Shown: positions 26,321 to 36,525 of the stretch, piece by piece | Position numbering within the stretch: the stretch's first letter is position 1 | Layout of the letters: each line of letters begins with the position of its first letter | Source of the DNA: Anthoceros angustus | Taxonomy: Eukaryota > Plantae > Anthocerotophyta | Length of the DNA: 64,000 nucleotides | Direction of reading: 5' to 3' | Assembly: GCA_010909165.1 (NCBI GenBank) | Contig: MU008161.1 | Coordinates: 1,860,001 to 1,924,000 of the forward strand | Made by a program: the position numbers and the translations under genes | The notes under the pieces: generated by a model | The model's database searches: none | Told to the model about the DNA's origin: nothing | Seen by the model: only the letters and a program-made list of their open reading frames with translations

Positions 26321-27160
26321 AGGGAGGGAAACCAGAACCCATTTGTGTTTTCGTGAGTCGACTCTAAGGCCTCAATTGTACATATGCCGAACGAAATTGA
26401 AATGACCTTGACAACTTGTAAATACCATGGTCCGGTTGCTCAAGATGTGGCCATATTCACACTGTGATGACCCGCTCCACTCCGCTTGGGATCCGGAGCA
26501 CTTTGCTTGACTTGCGACCTTGCGGGTGACAATGCCCAACTTAAGCGCCTTTTAAAACCCCATCTCGTGGAAGACCTTGAAGAGCCAAAGATTGATGCAA
26601 GTGAGTCATGGCCATCGACGCGGGTGTCGTTGGGCAGGTGTGTCGTCAGACTGCCTCCACCAAGGCTTTCCACTCCTTGAATGTTTTGAACACTTTGAGC
26701 TTCTCCTTCAAAAGATATGTCCAACTCCTCCTTGTGAAGTTATCCACAAACTCTAGCATGTAGTGGGCTCCTCCATGGGTAGGGTTCTTCATATATTGGT
26801 CCACATACATCGGTGTGTACAAGCTCCAACGCCTTGGCTGCTCGACGCGCTCCAATCCTTAGAAGCTTGGCTTGGTGAAGCTTTCCCATTATGCACCCTT
26901 GGCACAATTGCGGCTCACCAATCTCTTTTAAATCCAAGTCGGTCACCATTTGTTGATTCTTCATCATCTTGATGTTGTCCACTCCAATGTGCCCCAAGCG
27001 TTGATGCCACAAATCTACTGACCCAGTGCTCTTAGGCGAGCTTGACACAAATGTGCAAGCTTGTTGATCACCTACTAAGCACACAACTTGTAGAGATTGC
27101 CTTCCCGAACACCTCGAGCTATCACCTTGACATTAGGTGATTCCGGTTGCTCGGGTTGGA

Positions 27161-29440
27161 TGCGACATGACACTCTCTTTGTCCGGCATGCCCTTATGCT
27201 ACATTGGGGACTCTTGTCAAATGGATACAAGAGTCCACGAGAGCATTGGATGTGGTGGATGGTGCGGCTTGATTTAAGGCTTGCACCAAGCTATTTTGTG
27301 GCGAGGTACCCAAGTCTAACCGGAGGATGCGAGAATCTTTGTGGAGCTATTTTGGGTCGAGCCACGGAAAGGGGAGCACGAGGCGGTGCCATATTAAAGA
27401 GGGCACTACGTCAAGAGTCACCTTCATCGACGAGGTCGCAGAGCCGCGGATGTTGTCGACTTCTGCGGTCCAAGATATCCAATGGGGCTGCATCCTCCTA
27501 TGCAAGTGGAGAAAGGCAAAAGGGTTTTTGGTTGGTGGGAAAGAATGAAGTCAACCGCGGCAGGTGGGGTGCACCAATCCCGGGTTCTAAAGGCATGCAT
27601 ATATGGTGACTCGGATGCAACTAACCCTCGGCTCAAGATGCGGCATCTTGCGTTTTTGCCGTGTGCATGGACAGGACCATGGAGCATGTGAGACAGTGCC
27701 CTATACAGCATATGGCATTGATTCGAGGCCGACAAGAGAGAGGACGTTGGTCCCACGCCAAGCATCGCACCATTGTCGCTACATGGTCCAGATGGGCCAC
27801 CCGATCCTGCTAATGGTGTTGCTAGTGAAGATGTCTCAAATTGCACCTCTTGGAGCTTGGAGACAACTTTGTGGTGCGTGCATCCTCCTATGCAAGTGGA
27901 GAAAGGCAGTGCAAAGGGTTTTTGGTTGGTGGGAAAGAATGAAGTCAACCGCTGGGGTGTGCACCAATCCGGGTTCTAAAGGCATGCACATATATGGTGA
28001 CTCTGGATGCAACCAACCCTCGGCTCAAGATGCGGCATCTTGCGTGTTTTATCTTTATGTGCATGGGGCGGTGACCATGGAGCATGTGAGGAGTGCCCTA
28101 TACAGCATATGGCATTGATTACTCGAGGCGGACGGTAGGGGGCGTTGGTGGTCGGATGGTGCAACAGAATTTAAGGCTTGCACCATTGTCGCTACATGCG
28201 GTTGGTCCAGATGGGCCGCCTGATCCTGCTGCTAATGGTGTTGCTAGTGAAGATGTCTCTGAAATTGCAGACCTCTTGGAGCTTGGAGACAACTTTGTGG
28301 TGCGTGCAGATCCCAGGGACGAAGGTTCAACTTTTTATTTGGCAAAGTGCACTGTTGCAGTGCATGTGACCACGGAGCACATTACCTGTCCCTGGAGCGG
28401 ACAAAATTTCCTCCCAGGGGATAAGGTGGTTGTGGGCCAGTACTACTCCGGGGTTGAGCCGGATGGTTGTGTGTACACTTTGGATCATGAGGCTGCGGAG
28501 GTCACCCTTCTTTCATCCTACGTGGAGACCTGCAAGTTCCCACTTTTGGAACGCGTGGAAGGAGGCCGATTAGTGTATGTGACTCGGACACGGTCGAGTC
28601 CTTTAAGGAGCTTGTGAGGGAGGGAAACCAGAACCCATTTGTGTTTTCGTAGTCTGACTCTAAGGCCTCAATTGTACATATGCCAAACCTGAAATTGAAA
28701 TGACCTTGACGAACTTGTAAATACCATGGTCCGTTGCTCAAGATGTGGCCATATTCACACTGTGATGACCCGCTCCACTCGCTTGGGATCCGGAGCACTT
28801 TGCTTGACTTGCGACCTTGCGGGTGACAATGCCCAACTTAAGCGCCTTTTAAAACCCCATCTCGTGGAAGACCTTGGAAGAGCCAAAGATTGATGCAAGT
28901 GAGTCATGGCCACGACGTCGGTCTGCCGGTGTCATTGTCTTGTGTACCGGTGTCATTGCTTCCTCCACCAAGGCTTTCCTCCTTGAATGTTTTGAACACT
29001 TTGAGCTTCTCCTTCAAAGATATGTCCAACTCCTCCTTGTGAAGTCATCCACAAACTCTAGAATGTAGTGGGCTCCTCCATGGGTAGGGTTCTTCATTGG
29101 TCCACACATCGGTGTGTACAAGCTCCAACGCCTTTGCTCGGACGCGCTCCAATCCTTGGGAACTTGGTTGGTGAAGCTTTCCCATGCACCCTTGGCACAA
29201 TCGCTCACCAATCTCTTTCAAATCCAAGCGGTCACCATTTGTTGATTCTTCATCATCTTGATGTTGTCCACTCCAATGTGCCCCAAGCGTTGATGCCACA
29301 AATCTACTGACCCAGTGCTCTTAGGCGAGCTTGACACAAATGTGCAAGCTTGTTGATCACCTGGAAGCACACAACTTGTAGAGATTGCCTTCCGAACACC
29401 TCGAGCTATCACCTTGACATTAGGTGATTCCGGTTGCTCG
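27161..29440. repeat. Tandem duplicate (about 2.27 kb) of 24890-27160: transposase 3' half plus Copia integrase segment
   Basis: At about 27160, Copia ccggttgctcgggttggat runs into transposase gcgacatgacactctc; both units also contain an internal duplication of about 395 bp. Confidence 0.88.
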
Positions 29441-30659
29441 GGTTGGATCGACATCCTCGAGTTGAACACAATCTCATTCGGTCGTGATTCTTGCTCGAAA
29501 GAAGATTCTTCAAGACCGGGCACATGGTGCACATCCTTGATTGTACCTTTGGATGGTCCTCCAGGGAGTTGAACTTTAATCACACCTCTTCATTTGATCT
29601 CGTGTGACCTAGTGTCTCCAAGCGCCACTTTATGCCCCGCCGGCATTTCTTCATAGCTTGAGAACCAAGGCCAGTTGTAGGTGACGTGTTGAGATGCTCC
29701 AGAGCCGAGGTACAAACTCTCATCCTTCTTTGATGGGAGTTGTCGTACTCTTTCTACCGTTGAGATAGCGAAAAGATGTTCTTCCTTCTCACTCACTTGA
29801 TTAGCTTGTGACTCCTTTCCCTTCTTCTTCAGGTCAGTCAACCTTGTCCTACAATCCTTGGCATAGTGATTAGGCTTTTTGCAATAATGGCAAATACCCC
29901 ACACCTTTTTCTTCGCACCTTTCTCCTTCGATCCTTCTTCAGAGTTGGCTTCTGAAGTCTTCCCACGTGTTGTTCCCTTCTTTGAGAAGAGCACCGAGTC
30001 TCCATTCTCTTCTTTCTTGAAGGAATTCTCTAGCTCCTCTTGTAGGAGCAACCCAACCACCTCATCCAACGTTGGTGGTTTGTCGCTTAGATGCATCGCT
30101 ACCGCCGTTCTGAAGGCCAACACAAATTGCTGGTATGCGGATGGTAGGCTACTCAGCAACACCACGATAACCTTTCTTTCAGAAGGTTTGATGTTCGCCG
30201 CCTTCATTTGATCTACCAAGTTCTTCAACTTGTTGACGTGTTGTTAAATGGTGTCACCCTTGATCATCTTGAAGTTGACAAATTGTTGCTCCAACAGCAT
30301 CTCATTCACCAAGCTCTTCTTCTCATACGTGTTGCAAAGGGTCGTCCACGCCGCTTTAGATGTTGCACACTCACTCAATTGAGAGAGTATGTCATCGGAC
30401 ACATCGAGGAGAATCGTTGCCAACGCTCGTCCATCTTTCTCGGTGTCCGCTTTGATGGGTGTTTGCTGAGGCCATTGTCGACAAACTTCCATAGTCCTCA
30501 GTCAATAGCATCTTCAGATTCAACTTCCACAATATGAAGTTCGTGGCTCCAAACTTCTCCACTATACATGTCTCCATGCTTGTTGACGCCATGCCTAGTT
30601 TCCCTACAATTGATCTTGAAGACCAAAGCACCTCACTCTCATGCACTACAAGGATTATT

Positions 30660-30920
30660 GCACACAAGTTCTCACAAGCACAAGGCGAAGAACTATGCAA
30701 TTGGACTTGACTCAAGCATCTAGATTGCACACAAGTTCTCACAAGCATAAGGCTAAGAACTATGCAATTGGACTTGACTCAAGCATCTAGATTGCACACA
30801 AGTTCTCACAAGCACAAGTCTAAGAACTATGCAATTGGACTTGGCTCGAGGATCTAGATAATAGTGCAATAAGAATTCTGTTAGGCTCTGCAAAACACAC
30901 AAGTTCTCACAAGCACAAGA
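30660..30920. repeat. 67-bp tandem repeat x3 plus a partial copy, in the Copia C leader
   Basis: gcacacaagttctcacaagca...gaactatgcaattggacttgactcaagcatctagatt at 30660, 30727, 30794. Confidence 0.92.
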
Positions 30921-31010
30921 CTAAATTTCGTCCTATGGGAATGACTCAAGATGGTAGATAATAGTACAATGGGACTCTATGAGGCTCCCCACCATAGATC
31001 TGATAAGCGC

Positions 31011-31404
31011 TGAGCCTTTATACAAACTAAACCCTAAACATTCGCATTCAATATGGGTTATATGCACTAGGCACCCTGGATACTAGCACACAAGCACGCA
31101 AGAACACTTGCACACACCACACCCCACATGTAGGTGGGCTTGGCTTTATTTAGTCCTAGCCTTGAATCCTACTGGTCACTTGACCTTGAATCCTATTGGT
31201 TACTTGACCTTGAGTCCTATTGGTCACTTGACCTTGAATCCTTCTTGTCACTTGACTTGCCATTTACTTTTGGGCTTTCTAGAAGATACTTTCTCGAAGA
31301 TGCATGACTTTCAAGTTTATTATTTTTAGGGCACTCTCCATAACATGCTTTTAGAGCACTCTTCATAACATATTTTGATATGTTGTAATAAATCACTTCT
31401 AACA
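31011..31404 (-). repeat. 5' LTR of Copia C, with a 24-bp repeat x4 (31160-31255)
   Basis: Matches 18174-18589. Confidence 0.9.
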
Positions 31405-31590
31405 CGGGAAGCCAGCACCATGACCTCACACCGTTTGCTCATTCCAGCCTCGACCCTACCTGGCCGGTGCATCCCCTAGCTGCTACTTATCATCTTGCCC
31501 ACATTTGGAAGCATGAAATAGCCACTGGCTTGCTCACCATCTGCCTGTCCACCCTTAACCCAGTCATCCGCCGGCTGTTAAATGCTCACA

Positions 31591-32095
31591 CCCGGCAGCG
31601 TTGCTCAAGGTTGGGTTGGAAGCAGTGTCAGCGGCACTTGATGGGTGGGAGATGCAGCGTCTCAATGAGCTAGCTGACGAGCTCATCGCCTGTGGAGACG
31701 AGGAGGAGCCCATGGTGGATGTGTGCCAGGAGATGCGTGAGCTTACACAACAAGTGTCACCGGCCGTGGTCATCGCCAATGAGCTTCAAAGCTCGGAGTC
31801 ATTCACAGAGGGGCAGGATTGCACTCTGTTGATACTTATCTGGGCCTTCACTTGGGTTGAAATCTTGCTTTTGGAGCATACCATGCTTGGGGATCGTCGC
31901 CCAGAGGAGATGCACACCATCAGTTCCAAGTGGGAAACCTACACTTGGAGCATTGAAACGGACGAAAAAGACACTCGACGGTTTCCGACGAGTAGCACTG
32001 TTCGCCTGCGGCCAAGAAAGCGAGGCTGTCGAAGATTTTGTAGCGCCAGACTGCTGGGAAGGGTTTGAAGCTTGTTTTCTGTGTGTTGTCACCTC
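31591..32095 (+). pseudogene. Inverted, diverged copy of the N-terminal part of the TPR-CHAT gene (source about 37440-37952)
   Basis: Translation LK.GLEAVSAALDGW.MQRLNELADELIACGDEEEPMVDVCQEMREL matches ORF 36422-38188. Confidence 0.9.
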
Positions 32096-32245
32096 CTATG
32101 TGTGCTGAGAAGCTAATGAACGTCGTGCATTTGGCAGTAGTCCTGTCGATGCAGGAGGTGCGCAACTGTTGCTCGATCTTCATATTGGTGTACTAAGGCC
32201 AATTCCCCAACGGAAAGCGGTGAAATGTGATCGCTTAACAAAAAA
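32096..32245 (+). repeat. Inverted copy of about 46680-46825
   Basis: catttggcagtagtcctgtcgatgcag...gcggtgaaatgtgatcgcttaacaaaaaa is the reverse complement of sequence at 46680-46825. Confidence 0.85.
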
Positions 32246-32447
32246 TCACCAAGTCCGACGTACTCTTGCAATTCTGAGAACTCTTTGAACATGATCAACA
32301 TCAAGCTGTGCACTGCTGATCGACAGAGGTGTACAGAGATGGAAATGTATAGGAGCAACAAAGTGAGTCACTCACGTTGTTGGAGATACTTCCTATTGGA
32401 GACTATCTTCCCGTTGGAGACTACTAGCTTTCTCACAGCCTTGAGCT

Positions 32448-33976
32448 TCAGGTATGCAGTTTGGAGATGGACGAAGCGAGCTCAGCCTGGCCTCTCCGCA
32501 TCTGTGCTGGTAAGCAGACTGTGGGCAAGCCAGTTACTACAAACGGAGCTAATTCGTGGAGGGTGTACTTCCCAGTCTGGTGCATCTTGATCATGGCGGA
32601 CTGCAAGGCCGAGCACGCGTCCTCACCTTGGCTTAGTGCCTCGTAAAACAGGGGCATGAGATGCCCAGTGGCCCTATCATCTACACGCCATTGAGCCAGA
32701 ACAGAGCAGGGAACTCCCCTATTCATGAATGCCCGACCGAAGTTGAGGACATCGAGGACGTTTAGATTAAGGGTTACTCCTACAGCCGTGCTGCAGGCGC
32801 TGAGGACGACCATGTAAGCAAACCACGTCGGACCTGAGAACATGACATCATCGCAGTGCAAGCTACTCCCGACATCTGAGCTGCGTAATGGAAGTCCAGA
32901 AAGAAACTCCAAGCCTTCCACTGCCCTATCCGCCTCTCGCTGCAACATGTGGTGCTCAGAAAGCCCAGAAGGTAGGGCATCCATATCTGAGGAGACCGAA
33001 GCCTCAGGTTCTTCATAGCTCTCGTCATCTGAAGACGCAGCTTCGTCCCTCGTTACCTTAAGCTTGCCCTGTGCTGCTCGGCGTCTCCTTCTGGTTTCGG
33101 TAGCTTGGGCCAAACTGAGAGTCCCGTGATCGGCTTCCTTGCCACCAGAGCCGTGAGCTGCGATATGTATGAAGGCTTGGCTGCATTGGGTGCCACTTCC
33201 CACACCTGAGGGCTTCTTCACCCACTCCCACAGCCTTTCTACCGTGGCATCACTACCCAACAGCTTCACAATCTCATGCTCAGGTTGACAAAAATCAAAT
33301 AGATCGCATATGGCCTCCACCTCCTTCCGACTTCCCGGCAACGGACGATCTCGATAAGGCAAGTATTGAGGATCTCCCAAGGCCACTGCAGCCCCTGCAC
33401 CCGCAAGCAATGTCCTCTCCTGGAGTGACTCGTACCAGAACTGACACAAGTCGAGCATTAGGAAAGACGGTGTGACGGCCAGTTTCACCTCTTGGAAAAG
33501 ATAGCAGCCAGAGACCCTGTTCCTAAGGATGCTGAAAGGCACGTCCTGGACACGACCAACCGCGGAGATAACCAACTTGCGATGCGGGGTCCAATTCTGG
33601 TCCCGGATGAAGTTGTGGAAGAGCGGCCTGATGAGCAGGTCGTACAACGTCTCCAGAGCAATCTGACAGCCATCATTCTCAAGCTTCCTCTCAAGACCAG
33701 CATCATAAATTTCCTGGACATTTTCTAGTATACTGTCCGAGTGAATCCAATCCAACCTGTGGCACGAGGCCACACCTTCATCCTGCACCACAATGCACAC
33801 GTACGGCACCCCTGCAGACGCTGACAACGCCGAGTCTAGACATGCGAACAGCACAAACACTGTACCAGGACCGCAGGCCCGGTGGGCTCGTTTGATTCCT
33901 TCCCAGTCGATGTGGGGCAGTTTGTAATTCCTAGCACCCTCGAGAGAGAGCAAAGCTTGGCGAGCAATCTCACCAT
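32448..33976 (-). CDS. CHAT (caspase HetF associated with TPRs) protease exon
   Basis: LYDLLIRP, LVISAVGRVQDVPFSIL, ALGDP, LPGSRKEVEAI, LLGSDAT, FIHIAAHG (His codon 33153-33155), VVLSAC (Cys codon 32793-32795), FGRAF..RGV.CSVLAQWRVDDRAT..LM..FY..L..G.D...ALQSAM. Confidence 0.9.
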
Positions 33977-36271
33977 CTGCCGCTCCTACGTTTCGCCCCA
34001 AAAGCTTAGAGACGGTGTCCGCCAGGAGATGGACGTGAAATAGACAGAAGTAGGGAGCCACGAATCGGCAAAGACTTGCACCTTCTTACCATCTCCCAAG
34101 TCCTTCACTTGGTAGCGGCGCGCTGTAGCACTGCAAAGTGACAATGCGTCACAAGAATCCTTGTAGGATTCCCAGAATGTGTCCAGTACAGCAGCTGGGT
34201 GTCGGTGCAGGCACAGGAAAGGGCATGAACGTAGCAGGTCCCGAGAATCCACAAACAGCCCACGCATTCCGAAAGAACGAATGGGCAAGAGCTGTAGCTT
34301 GCAAGGACTCCCCGTGCGCAACAATAAATGCCTGAAGCCTCTACCCTGCCCTGGTGAACCACTTCTACCACATCCGAATTGATTGTTCTATGACAAATTT
34401 CGAAAATCTCCCCTCTAACCACGGTTGGCGAATTGTGCTGTCAACAGAATCGGCACCGAACTTGGCAAGACATGTGTCAAATACCTCCAGTCCCTCCTCG
34501 ACCTGTCCCCAATGGGTGATCAATTGCTCTCCTCGCAGCCGAAGCCAGTAACATGCATACCGGGCTTGGAAATAGCTCTGCACGCCGTCTAACTGGTCCA
34601 TGACCTCTTGCCCAACCTCAGGTACTAATCCAATGAGTTGACAACCTGTGCGGTGACTGTGCCGGGCCAAGAATTCCAGCAGCTGCAACTTCAGAAATTC
34701 AATACTGGGGTGCGGCACTGGGAACTCGAATCTGGGTTGAAGATCTATCTGTTGAATGTGTTTAAGTGCGTTGTCAGAAGCCTGATAACTCAGCTCAATC
34801 CGACCGAACTGTCTCAAGGACGACGCCTGAAGCAGGAGGACCCAGGCTCTGACAAGAGGCCAGTGCTCGTGGTTGCGCGGGACAGCTCTTTCAGCACGCT
34901 CAATCCAACCTGTGGCACGAGGCCACACCTTCATCCTGCACCACAATGCACACGTCCGGCACCCCTGCAGACGCTGACAACCTCGAGTCCAGACATGCGA
35001 ACAGCACAAACACTGCACCAGGACCGCAGGCCCGGTGGGCTCGTTTGATTCCTTCCCAGTCGATGTGGGGCAGTTTGTAATTCCTAGCACCCTCGAGAGA
35101 GAGCAAAGCTTGGCGAGCAATATCACCATCTGCCGCTCCTACGTTTCGCCCCAAAAGCTTAGAGACGGTGTCCGCCAGGAGATGGACGTGAAATAGACAG
35201 AAGTAGGGAGCCACGAATCGGCAAAGACTTGCACCTTCTTACCATCTCCCAAGTCCTTCACTTGGTAGCGGCGCGCTGTAGCACTGCAAAGTGACAATGC
35301 GTCACAAGAATCCTTGTAGGATTCCCAGAATGTGTCCAGTACAGCAGCTGGGTGTCGGTGCAGGCACAGGAAAGGGCATGAACGTAGCAGGTCCCGAGAA
35401 TCCACAAACAGCCCACGCATTCCGAAAGAACGAATGGGCAAGAGCTGTAGCTTGCAAGGACTCCCCGTGCGCAACAATAAATGCCTGAAGCCTCTACCCT
35501 GCCCTGGTGAACCACTTCTACCACATCCGAATTGATTGTTCTATGACAAATTTTCGAAAATCTCCCCTCTAACCACGGTTGGCGAATTGTGCTGTCAACA
35601 GAATCGGCACCGAACTTGGCAAGACATGTGTCAAATACCTCCAGTCCCTCCTCGACCTGTCCCCAATGGGTGATCAATTGCTCTCCTCGCAGCCGAAGCC
35701 AGTAACATGCATACCGGGCTTGGAAATAGCTCTGCACGCCGTCTAACTGGTCCATGACCTCTTGCCCAACCTCAGGTACTAATCCAATGAGTTGACAACC
35801 TGTGCGGTGACTGTGCCGGGCCAAGAATTCCAGCAGCTGCAACTTCAGAAATTCAATACTGGGGTGCGGCACTGGGAACTCGAATCTGGGTTGAAGATCT
35901 ATCTGTTGAATGTGTTTAAGTGCGTTGTCAGAAGCCTGATAACTCAGCTCAATCCGACCGAACTGTCTCAAGGACGACGCCTGAAGCAGGAGGACCCAGG
36001 CTCTGACAAGAGGCCAGTGCTCGTGGTTGCGCGGGACAGCTCTTTCAGCACGCTCAATCCAATTCAGACACCTGTTTCCTATCTGGCTCAAGTTAGCGTA
36101 CCCGGCACTAAGCCTTCCTGGCTTCCTACGACCGGGGTCCCACATCTCGGAGATGGCAACACACAGAAAACAAGCTTCAAACCCTTCCAGTAGTCTGGCG
36201 CTACATAATTTTCGAGAGCCTCCCTTTCTTGGCCGCAGGAGAACAGTGCTACTCGTCGGAGACCGTCGAGT
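33748..36271 (-). repeat. Two extra staggered copies (about 1154 and 1288 bp) of the central TPR-CHAT segment
   Basis: Same sequence at about 33845-34900, 34985-36060 and 36270-37345; junction microhomologies CAATCCAA (34901-34908) and CGAGT (36267-36271). Confidence 0.92.
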
Positions 36272-36525
36272 CCAGACATGCGAACAGCACAAACACTGCA
36301 CCAGGACCGCAGGCCCGGTGGGCTCGTTCGATTCCTTCCCAGTCGATGTGGGGCAGTTTGTAATTCCTAGCACCCTCGAGAGAGAGCAAAGCTTGGCGAG
36401 CAATATCACCATCTGCCGCTCCTACGTTTCGCCCCAAAAGCTTAGAGACGGTGTCCGCCAGGAGATGGACGTGAAATAGACAGAAGTAGGGAGCCACGAA
36501 TCGGCAAAGACTTGCACCTTCTTAC

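Larger units (their letters stand above)
20630..28950 (+). mobile_element. Sola2-like DNA transposon inserted in the Copia C integrase (ends approximate; right part duplicated)
   Basis: Foreign block between two halves of the Copia integrase; contains a DDD-type transposase remnant. Confidence 0.65.
18174..31404 (-). mobile_element. Ty1/Copia LTR retrotransposon C, interrupted by a Sola-like element
   Basis: LTRs at 18174-18589 and 31011-31404; PPT ttgagtgggag beside the 3' LTR; gag 30590-29590 with CHYCKKPNHYAKDC; protease LGSGASQH; GAG-pre-integrase LWHQRLGH; integrase split at ...KALVE | [12 protein letters not shown]; RT/RNase H at 18600-20100. Confidence 0.9.

Noticed and set aside
20619-26655. 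GAGGCATTCTG / GAGGCAGTCTG as Sola TIRs
   Set aside because: The match is 10/11, but the duplicated copy has different sequence at that boundary, the bases could be Copia codons, and no TSD was found.
34061-36422. Two separate genes, or a programmed frameshift between the helical ORF and the CHAT ORF
   Set aside because: A canonical GTAAG...CAG intron restores the frame in all three copies and is the simpler explanation.
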